Origin: a virus
Lineage: Duplodnaviria > Caudoviricetes
IMG/VR virus record: IMGVR_UViG_3300030419_004277
Span: 1-59,880 of that record
Direction: 5' to 3' (one strand)
DNA length: 59,880 bases
Shown here: positions 46,786-57,248 of the stretch, piece by piece
Layout: each line of letters begins with the position of its first letter
Position numbering within the stretch: the stretch's first letter is position 1
Notes under the pieces: model-generated
Told to the model about the DNA's origin: nothing
What the model saw: only the letters and a program-made list of their open reading frames with translations
Database searches by the model: none
Program-made: the position numbers and the translations under genes

Positions 46786-47722
46786 CTATAAAATCCTTAA
46801 TTTTATTAAAAATTGAATCAGCCGATAAGCCATTTTTTTCTAAATGATAATCTCTATCACCATTTTCAAAAATATATCTCTCTGGTAAACCTAATCTAAG
46901 AACGGGTTTTAAAGTTTTATTGTCTGACAAACCCTCTAAAATTACAGAACCAACTCCTCCTGATAAAGTTTGTTCCTCAACAGATACAATGTGTGTGTAA
47001 TCAGTAAAAGTTTTTTTACTTATTGGATTAGGTTTTAATTGATGTAAGTCATAAAGACTAACTTGATAATTTTCACTCTGTAATTTATCCCATACATCTA
47101 AACATCTTCCAAGAATATAACCGTGTGAAACTAAAGCTATTCTTGGATCATTAAATATGCTAAGACTGTCATATAATCCTGGTTTTAGTAACTCGATACC
47201 AGAACCTAAACCATCTGTATCGTTGTCAAATCTTGTATCATAATTTCTCTCTAAGCGGATGTATCTTAATTTTTGTTTTTCATACGATAATTTAACTAAC
47301 TCTTTTGTTTTGTATATGTTACGAGGACAATTAATCTCTATACCTAATAAAGATCTCATATAGGCAATATCCTCAGTTGGAGCGTGTGCAGGACCTGCTG
47401 GCATATAACCCAACCCAACACCCGATCCTAAGATGGTGATTGGATTGTTTCCCATGGCACACGAGTATCTAATTTGTTCAAAACATCTGGCAACCCAAGC
47501 TCCCATAAAATAAACATATACTTTCTTACCTTGGGCAGATAATCCAGCAGCGAAGTTTATTGTGTGTTGTTCTGAAATACCAGTAGCAAAAAACTGACTT
47601 GGTAATTCATCTCTCCATTGATCTAACGCGGGCGCTCCCATGTCAACACTAAGCATTAAAACATCTTTATCTTTTTTAGCTATTTTAAATAAATCATCTA
47701 TAAAAGTATCCCTCTGTGTCAT
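46775..47722 (-). CDS. split transketolase, C-terminal subunit (second pair)
   Basis: GISEQ, RCFEQIR, GPAH, YIRL, VEE. Confidence 0.87.
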   Translation of the reverse strand: MTQRDTFIDDLFKIAKKDKDVLMLSVDMGAPALDQWRDELPSQFFATGISEQHTINFAAGLSAQGKKVYVYFMGAWVARCFEQIRYSCAMGNNPITILGSGVGLGYMPAGPAHAPTEDIAYMRSLLGIEINCPRNIYKTKELVKLSYEKQKLRYIRLERNYDTRFDNDTDGLGSGIELLKPGLYDSLSIFNDPRIALVSHGYILGRCLDVWDKLQSENYQVSLYDLHQLKPNPISKKTFTDYTHIVSVEEQTLSGGVGSVILEGLSDNKTLKPVLRLGLPERYIFENGDRDYHLEKNGLSADSIFNKIKDFIDVE

Positions 47723-48489
47723 GATAACTCCTCTAATCCTGTTTTTATATCTTCATCTTTTTTTGGTATTATAGTGTGGTATTGCCAAACACCTTCCATA
47801 TAACTAACACCCTTGCCTTTAATTGTATTTGCTATAATAACCTGTGGTTTATTATTAGTTTGCGCAAATACAGTTCTCATTTTGTCAAAATCATGACCAT
47901 CAACACTAACAACATCAAACCCAAAGCTTTTAAATTTATCCTCAAGTGGGTTTAATTTTAATAATTCTTCAGTATTACCCAAAATGCCTAATTGATTTCT
48001 GTCTACAATTAATTTTATATTATTCAAATTGTGATGGGATATAAACATTAAAGTTTCCCATACTGAACCCTCGTATAACTCGGCATCACCTAACATCACA
48101 TATACATTTTTGTCACTATCATATGCTAATCCACAAGCATAACCTATGTTATTTCCTAAAGAACCACCAACATGGTAACAACCAGGTATTGTCCAATCTG
48201 AGTGTAGTCTTAAAATACCCTCTGGTGTACAATATTTTTCTAACTCGTCTTTTGGAAAATATCCCAAATCGGATAATATAGGATAAACTGCTGGAGAGCC
48301 GTGAGCTTTACTGAATATCATTATGTCTTCTTCATGGTTAAAGATAGTTTTTTCATCACAGTATAATGAAACTAATATGTCAACATTAGACAAACAACTT
48401 GCTAGATGACCTATTCCACTTTTTGTTTTAAAGTTAAAAATTCTTTTTCTAACTGATTTTGCTTTATCTTTTAATATTTCATTAGACAT
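47719..48489 (-). CDS. split transketolase, N-terminal subunit (second pair)
   Basis: GHLASCLS, SKAH, GSLG, GDAELYEGSVWE, TIKGKGVSYME. Confidence 0.88.
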   Translation of the reverse strand: MSNEILKDKAKSVRKRIFNFKTKSGIGHLASCLSNVDILVSLYCDEKTIFNHEEDIMIFSKAHGSPAVYPILSDLGYFPKDELEKYCTPEGILRLHSDWTIPGCYHVGGSLGNNIGYACGLAYDSDKNVYVMLGDAELYEGSVWETLMFISHHNLNNIKLIVDRNQLGILGNTEELLKLNPLEDKFKSFGFDVVSVDGHDFDKMRTVFAQTNNKPQVIIANTIKGKGVSYMEGVWQYHTIIPKKDEDIKTGLEELS

Positions 48490-48505
48490 TTCTACCCTCT
48501 TAATA

Positions 48506-49177
48506 TTAATTGTTAAAAATAATTCCTATACCTCTAGAATCACCAGATGATTTATAACCTTGATTGTATTCTATTCTATGTGTCGGACTCCAATCCATCA
48601 AAGCGTCTTTAATATATTCGTAATCAAATCTTTGTTCTTTACCATCGACTATGTAAGTATCATAACCTAATCTATTAGAATCATCTTTATCTAATTCACC
48701 CCACACTGGAACAAATATATCATGGACCATAATTATCCCTTTATTTTTAGGTAAAACTTTTATTTCATCATTTATAGGCCAATAAGATTCAGCTTTACTC
48801 CCAAGACCAGCAGCACTCATATGAGCATCTAAAAAGAAAATCGTATTATCAAAGTTCATTGTATCCACTAATTTAGATAAAACATCTGGCGAATTTCCAT
48901 TAAAAATTTTAAAGTTACTTCTTGAATTGTTTAATAATCTATTCGTTGTTTCTTTTACATACTTTTCTGAAATTTCTATACCTATTATTTCATCAACCAA
49001 AAAAGATAATTCAGTAGTTGATCTACCCTCATATGTGCCACACTCTACTATCGTGTCTATGTTATACTCCTTTATTATCTCATAAACTCTATCTAAAAAA
49101 TAAGTATCGGCAGTAGCATATCCTTTATTATTCGGCCTATCATAAGTTTGTTTAATAAAATTTTTTGGTAGATTCAA
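48506..49177 (-). CDS. class I SAM-dependent methyltransferase
   Basis: VECGTYEG, FFLDAH, VHD; start is TTG. Confidence 0.8.
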   Translation of the reverse strand: MNLPKNFIKQTYDRPNNKGYATADTYFLDRVYEIIKEYNIDTIVECGTYEGRSTTELSFLVDEIIGIEISEKYVKETTNRLLNNSRSNFKIFNGNSPDVLSKLVDTMNFDNTIFFLDAHMSAAGLGSKAESYWPINDEIKVLPKNKGIIMVHDIFVPVWGELDKDDSNRLGYDTYIVDGKEQRFDYEYIKDALMDWSPTHRIEYNQGYKSSGDSRGIGIIFNN

Positions 49178-49178
49178 A

Positions 49179-50726
49179 TTATTCTCCTAATATTTTTCTT
49201 TTCAATTTTACTTTAGTATTTTCTAAAATGTTATTAGCAGCTACATCACCATATTTTTTTCTTACTTTATCTAAAAATGGTTTGTAAGTATGATACTCCA
49301 AGTAAGCTTCATCCCTAAATTTTAATATTTCCTCTGGTGTTAATTCATCAGTAGGTAAAGGTTTTGTGGTGTAAGCATGAAAAGAATATCCAGCATAATC
49401 TTCAGGCATTTCTACACCAGCATCGACTGCCTCCTTATACAACTGACTGCCTGGTAAAGGCATAGCAGCATAGGCATTCCAAGCCATAGAGCACAACTCC
49501 TTACTTAAATCTAAAGTTTTTCTCATAGTTTCATGTGTATCTCCTGGTAAACCGAACATATAATTAGCCATAACATTTATACCAGCATCCTCTATTCTTT
49601 TTACAACATCAGTTATATCTACATCTTTAAACTTACCCTTAGATACTTCTAGTCTTACATTTCTATCGGCACTTTCAATTCCAAGACACAACCACTTTAT
49701 ACCAGCTTTTCTAACTAATTTTAAAATTTCAGGCTTACTTATTGTATCAACTCTTGAATAAGTCCACATAATTAAATCATCAGAGTATTCTCTTTCAGAT
49801 AATAATTTTATTAGAGGTAGATAATACTTTTTGTTAAACAAAAACATTTCATCAGCTATCCGGATAGTTTTTACACCCATATTATTAAGTTTATCAAATT
49901 CTTTAATAATAAAATCAGGTGACCAGAATCTCATCTTATTGTAATTACTCGCGACACCCGTTTCCTCTAAATCGTCTCTATTTAGGATATTAATCATACA
50001 GAATGAACATTGAAAAACACATCCTAAAGAAGTATAAAGAGCAGCATATGGTGTTCTTTTTTTATGGTCGTATTCTCCATGCCACATCGGTGAACGATAC
50101 AAATCAAGTGGTTTTTCTTTATAAGGTAATAAATCCCAAGCGTAACCTGGTAAATCTAAATCCATCCTCTCTTGTGGCACTATCTTTTCTGGCGCGGTTA
50201 AAAATGGTTTACCATCTTTTACAAACCCAATTCCCTTTATGTTCTCTAATTCTCTTAGATCTGTTAAATCTTCTAATTTTAGTACATTCCATAAAGAATA
50301 AACACCTTCGTTTGTAAAAATAATGTCTATGTTCGGCTCCTCATCTAAAACTTTGTAAGGTAATGCTTGAACATGAGAACCAACAAATGAGACTGGTATT
50401 TTTATGCCTTTATCTTTAATCGCATTTGCCAATCTAACCGCACCACTCATCTGTGTAGTTCCAGAATTTACATTTTCTCCATATACACAAAAAGTAATTA
50501 GTCTAGGATTTACTTTTTCAATATGTTTTACGGCATCGTCTATCAACATTTTTTCTGCCAGAACATCTAATACACCGACATCATAACCTTGTGATCTACA
50601 AGATTGTGAGAGTAATAACAACCAATAAGGCGTCCCTATACCAGAATAATCAGTAGATAATCCTTGATAAACATCCTTAGCACTTCCAGGATTTATAAAT
50701 AAAACATCCACTATACATCTCCCCAA
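49179..50726 (-). CDS. cobalamin-dependent radical SAM protein (class B methyltransferase-like)
   Basis: N-terminal B12-binding domain (INP, GSH, EG), GCVFQCSFC, GIES, FGLPGDT, PLPGS. Confidence 0.9.
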   Translation of the reverse strand: MGRCIVDVLFINPGSAKDVYQGLSTDYSGIGTPYWLLLLSQSCRSQGYDVGVLDVLAEKMLIDDAVKHIEKVNPRLITFCVYGENVNSGTTQMSGAVRLANAIKDKGIKIPVSFVGSHVQALPYKVLDEEPNIDIIFTNEGVYSLWNVLKLEDLTDLRELENIKGIGFVKDGKPFLTAPEKIVPQERMDLDLPGYAWDLLPYKEKPLDLYRSPMWHGEYDHKKRTPYAALYTSLGCVFQCSFCMINILNRDDLEETGVASNYNKMRFWSPDFIIKEFDKLNNMGVKTIRIADEMFLFNKKYYLPLIKLLSEREYSDDLIMWTYSRVDTISKPEILKLVRKAGIKWLCLGIESADRNVRLEVSKGKFKDVDITDVVKRIEDAGINVMANYMFGLPGDTHETMRKTLDLSKELCSMAWNAYAAMPLPGSQLYKEAVDAGVEMPEDYAGYSFHAYTTKPLPTDELTPEEILKFRDEAYLEYHTYKPFLDKVRKKYGDVAANNILENTKVKLKRKILGE

Positions 50727-51724
50727 TATCTTTCAATTTCATTTGATACTGATTTAAAACTATTCAGTTCATTAACTTTTTTCCATGCGTGTTGCACAAC
50801 TTCAAATCTTTTGGTGGGATTATTCATATACTCGACCATTTTCTTTTCTAAAATATCTTCATCAATAGTCGCTGTTTCAGGATAGTATATATGATGGTGA
50901 TGATTTAATCCACCTATATTAATAGAACCTACCATAGCAACTTGAACAACTTGTGTGCCTGGATGTATGGTGGTAGGATCTAAATTAAAATGATACAAAT
51001 AAGGACTCCATAAGTCTATAAATTCTTTATGCCCTAAGTGTGCAAAATCTTGTCCACCTTTAAGTGGTTTTGTTTTTACTGGTAAATTATATTTATCACC
51101 TATATAATTAGCAAATTCGTATGTCCTACCCCTACGATGTAATGGATTGGGTATGTACGCATAAATACCATTAATTTTTTCATCAGAATAAAAATTATCA
51201 TAATAGTAATCAATATTCTGTGGTTGTTTGAAAAATTTGATTTTCATGCCAGTATACTCTTCTATAGGACCGAACACTTTCATCGTTTCCTCATTCTTAG
51301 GACACTCAGCGTGTAAATCATCACAAGATTTTAAAAACTTAAATCTATTTTGAACTCTATGTTCCTTGACATTAACTTCTTTTAAAGAACCTATAACTCT
51401 AGCACTAGGATACCTTTTCTTTATTCTTTCAACACTATAATCATTCCAACAATGGTTATCTAGTCCTTGTCTTTCACAAGCATAAAATATTAAGTCTACA
51501 TCCAAATCAGGAAAATTTATCCCTTTATCAACCCACTCACTTAAGTTTAAAAAACTACTTCCCTTTCCAAACCATTGATAATTATGAATTACTGGAAAAC
51601 ATTTTGACGACATAGAATGATGAAAGCTATAGGGTTTGTTCGTCCAATAGCTAAACGCCTCTCCATTCTTAACATAATAAGAATCTATGTTGATTGCCGA
51701 ATCCCAAAAAACCGCTACTTTCAT
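50711..51724 (-). CDS. putative GT-B glycosyltransferase
   Basis: C-terminal GT-B-like segment; context in glycan island. Confidence 0.5.
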   Translation of the reverse strand: MKVAVFWDSAINIDSYYVKNGEAFSYWTNKPYSFHHSMSSKCFPVIHNYQWFGKGSSFLNLSEWVDKGINFPDLDVDLIFYACERQGLDNHCWNDYSVERIKKRYPSARVIGSLKEVNVKEHRVQNRFKFLKSCDDLHAECPKNEETMKVFGPIEEYTGMKIKFFKQPQNIDYYYDNFYSDEKINGIYAYIPNPLHRRGRTYEFANYIGDKYNLPVKTKPLKGGQDFAHLGHKEFIDLWSPYLYHFNLDPTTIHPGTQVVQVAMVGSINIGGLNHHHHIYYPETATIDEDILEKKMVEYMNNPTKRFEVVQHAWKKVNELNSFKSVSNEIERYWGDV

Positions 51725-52599
51725 TTATTTACTACTTTACTTATATACTCAGATAGTTTTTTCTTTGGTGACCAATCTAATGTTTGATTTGCTTTTGAAT
51801 AATCACATAATGTAACATCATATTCGCCAGGTCTTGCTGGAATGTACTCAACCACATCTTGACCGAACATTTCAGTTACTTCCAAAATTGAATGATTAAC
51901 TCCACTACCTAATTCAAATATTTCTCCAGCATATCTCATATCAACAACACCATGCATAGCTTCGTGACATTTTACAATCCCATCAACTATATCGTCTATG
52001 TGTGTAAAATCTCGTCTTTGTTCTCCATCACCTGTAACTGTAAATGGTTTACCCTCACGATATTGTTTTTCAAAAATCCCTATTACTGTTGCATAAGTTC
52101 CACTCTCTAACTGATGAGGACCATAAACATTATAAAACCTGCAGATTGTTGTTGGTAAACCATAAACTTTACTGTAAAGTTCGCACAATTGTTCTCCACC
52201 AAACTTAGACCAAGCATAAGGACTACCCCACAATCCGTGATGAAAAGAACTAGAACCAGCAAAAACAAGAGGACATTGTTTACTTCTAGCCCACTCTAAT
52301 ATATTAAGTGTACTATCAAAATTATTTTGAATAGCAGTTACTGGATCTTCGATAGATGGTTGTATTCTAGCAAGTGCTGCTAAATGGAATATTGTATCTG
52401 GTTTTTCCATAAAAAAATCATAGTCATAAACATGACATAAATCCACATCAAAGTATTGAACATTTTTATGTTTTATCTCGTTACTTTTTTTACCAGTTGA
52501 ATAATTATCTAAACACACGACTTTATGGTCATCAGCCAACAATCTCTTTATTAGGTTTGTTCCTACAAATCCAACTCCACCTGTGACTATTATTTTCAT
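51721..52599 (-). CDS. NAD-dependent NDP-sugar epimerase/dehydratase
   Basis: GGVGFVG, YAWSK, RFYNVYG, GDGEQRRDF. Confidence 0.9.
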   Translation of the reverse strand: MKIIVTGGVGFVGTNLIKRLLADDHKVVCLDNYSTGKKSNEIKHKNVQYFDVDLCHVYDYDFFMEKPDTIFHLAALARIQPSIEDPVTAIQNNFDSTLNILEWARSKQCPLVFAGSSSFHHGLWGSPYAWSKFGGEQLCELYSKVYGLPTTICRFYNVYGPHQLESGTYATVIGIFEKQYREGKPFTVTGDGEQRRDFTHIDDIVDGIVKCHEAMHGVVDMRYAGEIFELGSGVNHSILEVTEMFGQDVVEYIPARPGEYDVTLCDYSKANQTLDWSPKKKLSEYISKVVNK

Positions 52600-53219
52600 T
52601 TCAAAATCTCTGAATATTTTTTGTTTTGCTCCATTTGTCTATCTATTGTTTTTGGGTGAATAATAGAGTATTTTTGTTCCATTGGTAAGTGAGCATAAGT
52701 TTGAAAACCTGTTATCATCTCGTGAACTGGTCTTTCCCAACGAATATTTGGTCTGTTACGAAAAACACGACCTTGCCAGTCGGGATAATTTACCCAACCT
52801 TTTTCATTTACTTGCCAACGCCAATAACGAATATGTTCCTCTGTTAAACCCTCTACAGTATTTATTCTAGGCAAGTAAATTAAATCAACTTGATTACCCT
52901 CTAATATCTCATGAATATCCTTCATAAACCAGTGAGATATTAATTCATCCGCATCTAAATTAAAACTGTAATCGCCTGAACACATATTTTTTAAGTAGTT
53001 CTTTTGTGTGGCAAAATCACCTAAAAGATTTCTTTGCTCAAAAACTATGTTTTGAGTGGACACATAAAAATCTAAAATTGATTTAGTTTTTTTATTATCA
53101 GAGAAGTCGTCAAGTATTACAATTTCATCTTGTGGTTCTTTATATTTAACCAAACAATCTAATAGCTTTTCAAGACTATCTGTTTCATTATGAACTAATA
53201 TAGAATAACTAATTTTCAT
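52596..53219 (-). CDS. glycosyltransferase family 2
   Basis: LDADE, PDWQGR, VHE. Confidence 0.85.
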   Translation of the reverse strand: MKISYSILVHNETDSLEKLLDCLVKYKEPQDEIVILDDFSDNKKTKSILDFYVSTQNIVFEQRNLLGDFATQKNYLKNMCSGDYSFNLDADELISHWFMKDIHEILEGNQVDLIYLPRINTVEGLTEEHIRYWRWQVNEKGWVNYPDWQGRVFRNRPNIRWERPVHEMITGFQTYAHLPMEQKYSIIHPKTIDRQMEQNKKYSEILK

Positions 53220-53674
53220 TGAATAAATTCTGAATTTATTTGTGTAACCTTTAATGATGATAACTTAGTAAGTTTATACGACCTATATGCTTGCTGAAAA
53301 TATTTATCAGATGATACAACATCACTATAAAATCTATTAGGTGACATAGCACTTCTTTTCTTTGAATTAGATATTTGAATACGAAAATAATCTTCTTTTA
53401 AAGATAATAGATTTTCAACCTCGTCTATCTCAGTTTTTTTAAAGTCAGTAACTTGAAATAATTTTTTTAATTTAGTTGGATTAAGATAATTTAAATTTAG
53501 TCCATCTAAATTTTTATTTTTTTTATTATTATTTAAAAAAAGAAGTATAGGTCTTGAATCAGTTACACCTTGCTCTGAATAATTAAATGTAAGTATCATA
53601 CCAGGTAATAACCTACTAGCAGCAATAGTTTGAATAGATTTAATTATTCTTCTGTTGTTGTATCTTGTGGCCAA
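53216..53674 (-). CDS. T4 gp2-like DNA end protector-related protein
   Basis: PGMILTFNY...RPILL...GLNLNYL...YRSY pattern. Confidence 0.5.
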   Translation of the reverse strand: MATRYNNRRIIKSIQTIAASRLLPGMILTFNYSEQGVTDSRPILLFLNNNKKNKNLDGLNLNYLNPTKLKKLFQVTDFKKTEIDEVENLLSLKEDYFRIQISNSKKRSAMSPNRFYSDVVSSDKYFQQAYRSYKLTKLSSLKVTQINSEFIQ

Positions 53675-54056
53675 TTAACTTCTCCAATTTTTCTACCATT
53701 TTAAAAGCATCTGTAAATAATGGTACTACCACTTCTGTTTTAGGATCTAAATGAGCAAAAACCCTCCACTTTAATTCTTTTTCTTTAACCATAGGTACGA
53801 CTTGATAATTTTCTGTAGTAAATACAGACGGTGCCCAAAATCTTTTACCTAGTTTTCTACAAACATCCTTAAACTCTTGTGGAAATGGATTATCACTTAT
53901 GTGGTCTTTCATATTATTATTAGAACCAAACCCACAACCCAAGCACTGCATATTCTGTTCCTCATCTCCAAGTAAAACAAGATTATCTCCAGTATTTTCC
54001 TCTCCATCGTCTTCTAAACATACAGGACATTTGACTCTTAGTATAAAGTCTTCCAT
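53640..54056 (-). CDS. Zn-finger hypothetical protein
   Basis: CPVC...CLGCG. Confidence 0.65.
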   Translation of the reverse strand: MEDFILRVKCPVCLEDDGEENTGDNLVLLGDEEQNMQCLGCGFGSNNNMKDHISDNPFPQEFKDVCRKLGKRFWAPSVFTTENYQVVPMVKEKELKWRVFAHLDPKTEVVVPLFTDAFKMVEKLEKLIGHKIQQQKNN

Positions 54057-55411
54057 TATGTTACCTTTTTTAGTTTAGGTAATTTTAACTTCTGTGGTTT
54101 TGGAGATTTTCCACTTACTTTTTTAAGTTTAGGTAATTTTAAGTTGACTGATTGAGGAACTGACTTTAAACATTCATCTAAAATTTTATTAAACTCTTTT
54201 GCCATAGCACCTAAAGAAAACTCTCGTCTATTTTTCTTACCCAAACGGTTAGCCTTTTTCTGTATTAATTTTCTTTTCTTGTAAAAAGTTCTAATCTTTC
54301 TAACCACATCAGCCTCATTTACATTAAACCATTTTGATGGTTCAATGATGATGTTTTCCCATAAAACACTTTTTGGAACTTCTTTAATAAAACCATCAAT
54401 CAACATGGATTCTGAATCAGTAAGAAAGTCAAGATGACCACTCCACTTTGAAGCAATCACAGGCAAGTCACAACAACTAGCCTCTAACATTGGTCTTCCA
54501 AATCCCTCACCATGAGTACAAGTAATGAAAGCACCAATTTTTGGATGATTATAAAGAGTTGACATTTCCTCTATCGTAAAATCACCGTGTATCAAGTAAA
54601 CATTTGGCAAGTTAACACCTGAAAACATATCTTTAACTTGTTGTATTTTCTTTTTTATTTCATGTTTATCAAGAATACTAAAATTGGCTCCATTTGTTTT
54701 TAAAACTAACGCAGGAGCGTTTTTTATATTGGCAAAGGCTTTAAAAAACGATTTAATTAAAATACCAATATTTTTTCTGTCTTCTCCAAATCTTTGTTGT
54801 CCCCATTGACCAACATGAAGATAAGCAAATTCCTCTTTAATAAGTTTATCTAATTCTTCGTATAAATTTTTCTCTAAATCATGTTTTTTCTTCGGACTAT
54901 ACACATCAACATCAATACCCTCGAATAAAACTTTGATAGGTCTTTCATTTTTTACCACGCCAACTCTTTGTTTTTGACCATTAGGTAAATCTTCCATTTT
55001 GTCGTAACTACACTTATTAAAAGTATTCGCAGTAAATCTAGATGGAACAATATTTAAGTTCATTCGGTTCATTCCATCCAAAAATTGTGGCGAAACAACA
55101 TCGGTTTCCACACCAGCAGTTATACCAATATTTACCTTTGCCCCATTCGCAAACTCGTTAGGTATTCTAATATCAATTAAAACATCTGGTTGTCCTTGTA
55201 TTTTATCACTAGAGGTAAAACAATCTAATAACTTTTTGTGTCTTGGGACTTCTGGTCGTAAGTGGTTTCTTGGAGTGCTTCCCCACCTAACATCGAGACA
55301 TTGAATATTTAAATCCTCTCTATCCATAATCGAATAAAATATAGAACGAGCATGGTCACCATAACCACTACGAGTGTTAAAAGGTGCAATCATAACTACT
55401 GAGCGTTTCAT
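54056..55411 (-). CDS. glycosyltransferase family 4 (GT-B)
   Basis: SGYG, DRKNI, GEGFGRPMLEA, WSGHLDF. Confidence 0.88.
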   Translation of the reverse strand: MKRSVVMIAPFNTRSGYGDHARSIFYSIMDREDLNIQCLDVRWGSTPRNHLRPEVPRHKKLLDCFTSSDKIQGQPDVLIDIRIPNEFANGAKVNIGITAGVETDVVSPQFLDGMNRMNLNIVPSRFTANTFNKCSYDKMEDLPNGQKQRVGVVKNERPIKVLFEGIDVDVYSPKKKHDLEKNLYEELDKLIKEEFAYLHVGQWGQQRFGEDRKNIGILIKSFFKAFANIKNAPALVLKTNGANFSILDKHEIKKKIQQVKDMFSGVNLPNVYLIHGDFTIEEMSTLYNHPKIGAFITCTHGEGFGRPMLEASCCDLPVIASKWSGHLDFLTDSESMLIDGFIKEVPKSVLWENIIIEPSKWFNVNEADVVRKIRTFYKKRKLIQKKANRLGKKNRREFSLGAMAKEFNKILDECLKSVPQSVNLKLPKLKKVSGKSPKPQKLKLPKLKKVT

Positions 55412-56766
55412 ACTGCCTCCATCACATATTTTTTCTTAGGTGTCCAATTATCAAACGCACCATTCATAGACTTAATAAAATTTTCACCCATAGCTTTTGA
55501 TGTCATCATATTTTCTTTACAAAAATCTATTCCCATTGAGCCTAATCTTTTTCTTTGTTCTCTGCCCATATCATATAAATTTTTTAACTGAACAGCGGCA
55601 TCTTCAGGCTTACACCTATCATCCCAAATATAAGGAGTCATGGGTGAACCTTGTAATGACCTATTAGAAGGATAGACAGGAAAAACCCACTCACCGTGGT
55701 CTGTATATGTTGCTTCATGATTAGATCCTAACTCCACATAGTCTTCAGGTGTTAAATATTTTTTATTCTTTTTAAATCCACATTGGTCTTGAAGTCCACC
55801 TGTAACATTTACTATAATTGGTGTTCCTACTGTCATCGCTTCACAACTACCTAAACCAAATCCCTCATTACTAGCTAAATTAATATAAACATCAGCCGAA
55901 TTGAATAATGTATTCATTTCTCCATCATTAAAAGCTCTATCATCGGTATTATAAGTAAAACAAACATCATAATTAGGAATTAAATGTTTGTGAACTCTTG
56001 GTAAATCTGTTCCATTTTCATCACTTGGTTGACAATGAAATATTAACACACATTCTTTTTGTTGTTTTGGTGTTAATTCGTCCATAAAGTATTTATAAGC
56101 AAGTAAAACATCACCTGGTTGTTTTCTTCTAATGTTCCTATTACTATAAAGTATCTTAAACTTTTTGTCGGTCAGATTGTGTTTAGCATCAAAGTCCAAA
56201 ATTTTAACATCATCATCTTCCATCTTAAAGAACCTTCTAGGAGAAATACCGTGTGGAACATATGTTATTTGCCAATCTTCATACTCCGGTAATAATCTTT
56301 TATTAATACCGTAAGTTTGTTTGGATATTCCCATCAATAAATCAGAACTCTTGTAGTAGTTTGTATTGTACTGTGGATCTGGTAAATCGTCCCAAATATT
56401 GTAATAAAATATTGGCATGGTTTGTCTGATTTCAGCTTCCATATTATAAAACCAAATCCAAAAACGAGGATCTGTATAATGAAGAATAGCATCAGGTTTC
56501 TCTATTTGAATAACTTCTCTTAATATATCTTCATTACCATATCCATCCACAGGATATATTTTTAAATAACCATTTTTGATACCAAAGTCTTCAAGACCTT
56601 GAGACATATCAATAATTTTACCTTTTTCAGGATGATTTATGGCACCACCTATCTGAACCCAATCATATTCATTTAATGTTTCAAATACAATGTCTTTAGA
56701 TACAGTAGCAACTCCACTATGCATCCTTAAATCATCTGACATTAGTAATATTTTTTTCTTAGCCAT
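55408..56766 (-). CDS. glycosyltransferase family 4 (GT-B)
   Basis: SGVA, RNIRRK, NEGFGL..CEA, TGGLQDQ. Confidence 0.88.
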   Translation of the reverse strand: MAKKKILLMSDDLRMHSGVATVSKDIVFETLNEYDWVQIGGAINHPEKGKIIDMSQGLEDFGIKNGYLKIYPVDGYGNEDILREVIQIEKPDAILHYTDPRFWIWFYNMEAEIRQTMPIFYYNIWDDLPDPQYNTNYYKSSDLLMGISKQTYGINKRLLPEYEDWQITYVPHGISPRRFFKMEDDDVKILDFDAKHNLTDKKFKILYSNRNIRRKQPGDVLLAYKYFMDELTPKQQKECVLIFHCQPSDENGTDLPRVHKHLIPNYDVCFTYNTDDRAFNDGEMNTLFNSADVYINLASNEGFGLGSCEAMTVGTPIIVNVTGGLQDQCGFKKNKKYLTPEDYVELGSNHEATYTDHGEWVFPVYPSNRSLQGSPMTPYIWDDRCKPEDAAVQLKNLYDMGREQRKRLGSMGIDFCKENMMTSKAMGENFIKSMNGAFDNWTPKKKYVMEAV

Positions 56767-57001
56767 TTATAAGTTTCCTCGTATCATCTCCACTATAATC
56801 TTTTGGAAAATATTTGTTTAAAACACTTAATTTATCATCATATTCTGCTATTACTGCTAACTCTTTTTCAATTGTCTCCATTATGTCAGGATGTTCGGCA
56901 ACACCTACTGTATTTTGTAGTAAGTTTTCAACATTCATACGATGTTTTTCAATCTCTCCTTCAAAATTAATCTTACAAGCTCTTATTAGTTCATATCTCA
57001 T
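56759..57001 (-). CDS. conserved phage hypothetical protein
   Basis: VGVAEHPDI motif. Confidence 0.7.
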   Translation of the reverse strand: MRYELIRACKINFEGEIEKHRMNVENLLQNTVGVAEHPDIMETIEKELAVIAEYDDKLSVLNKYFPKDYSGDDTRKLING

Positions 57002-57204
57002 TAAAACTGACTCCCACTCGTGTAGAGTTTATCGTAACTTTCAATTTGTTCTCTAATAGAGTTGTCGTGGATATATTGATGAACAGACCTATTCACTAAC
57101 TTTTGTAAATTCATTGATGTATTCACAGTTTTAAACTTAAATTGTTCATATAATGATTTAATTATTTTAACAGAAGTTAGTTTTGTTAAATTATCTTTTT
57201 TCAT
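57001..57204 (-). CDS. ribbon-helix-helix-like small DNA-binding protein
   Basis: LTSVKI...LYEQFK...LQKLVNRS. Confidence 0.55.
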   Translation of the reverse strand: MKKDNLTKLTSVKIIKSLYEQFKFKTVNTSMNLQKLVNRSVHQYIHDNSIREQIESYDKLYTSGSQF

Positions 57205-57248
57205 AACCCATTCCTTGTTATTATAACTCGTATATATAAATATATAAA

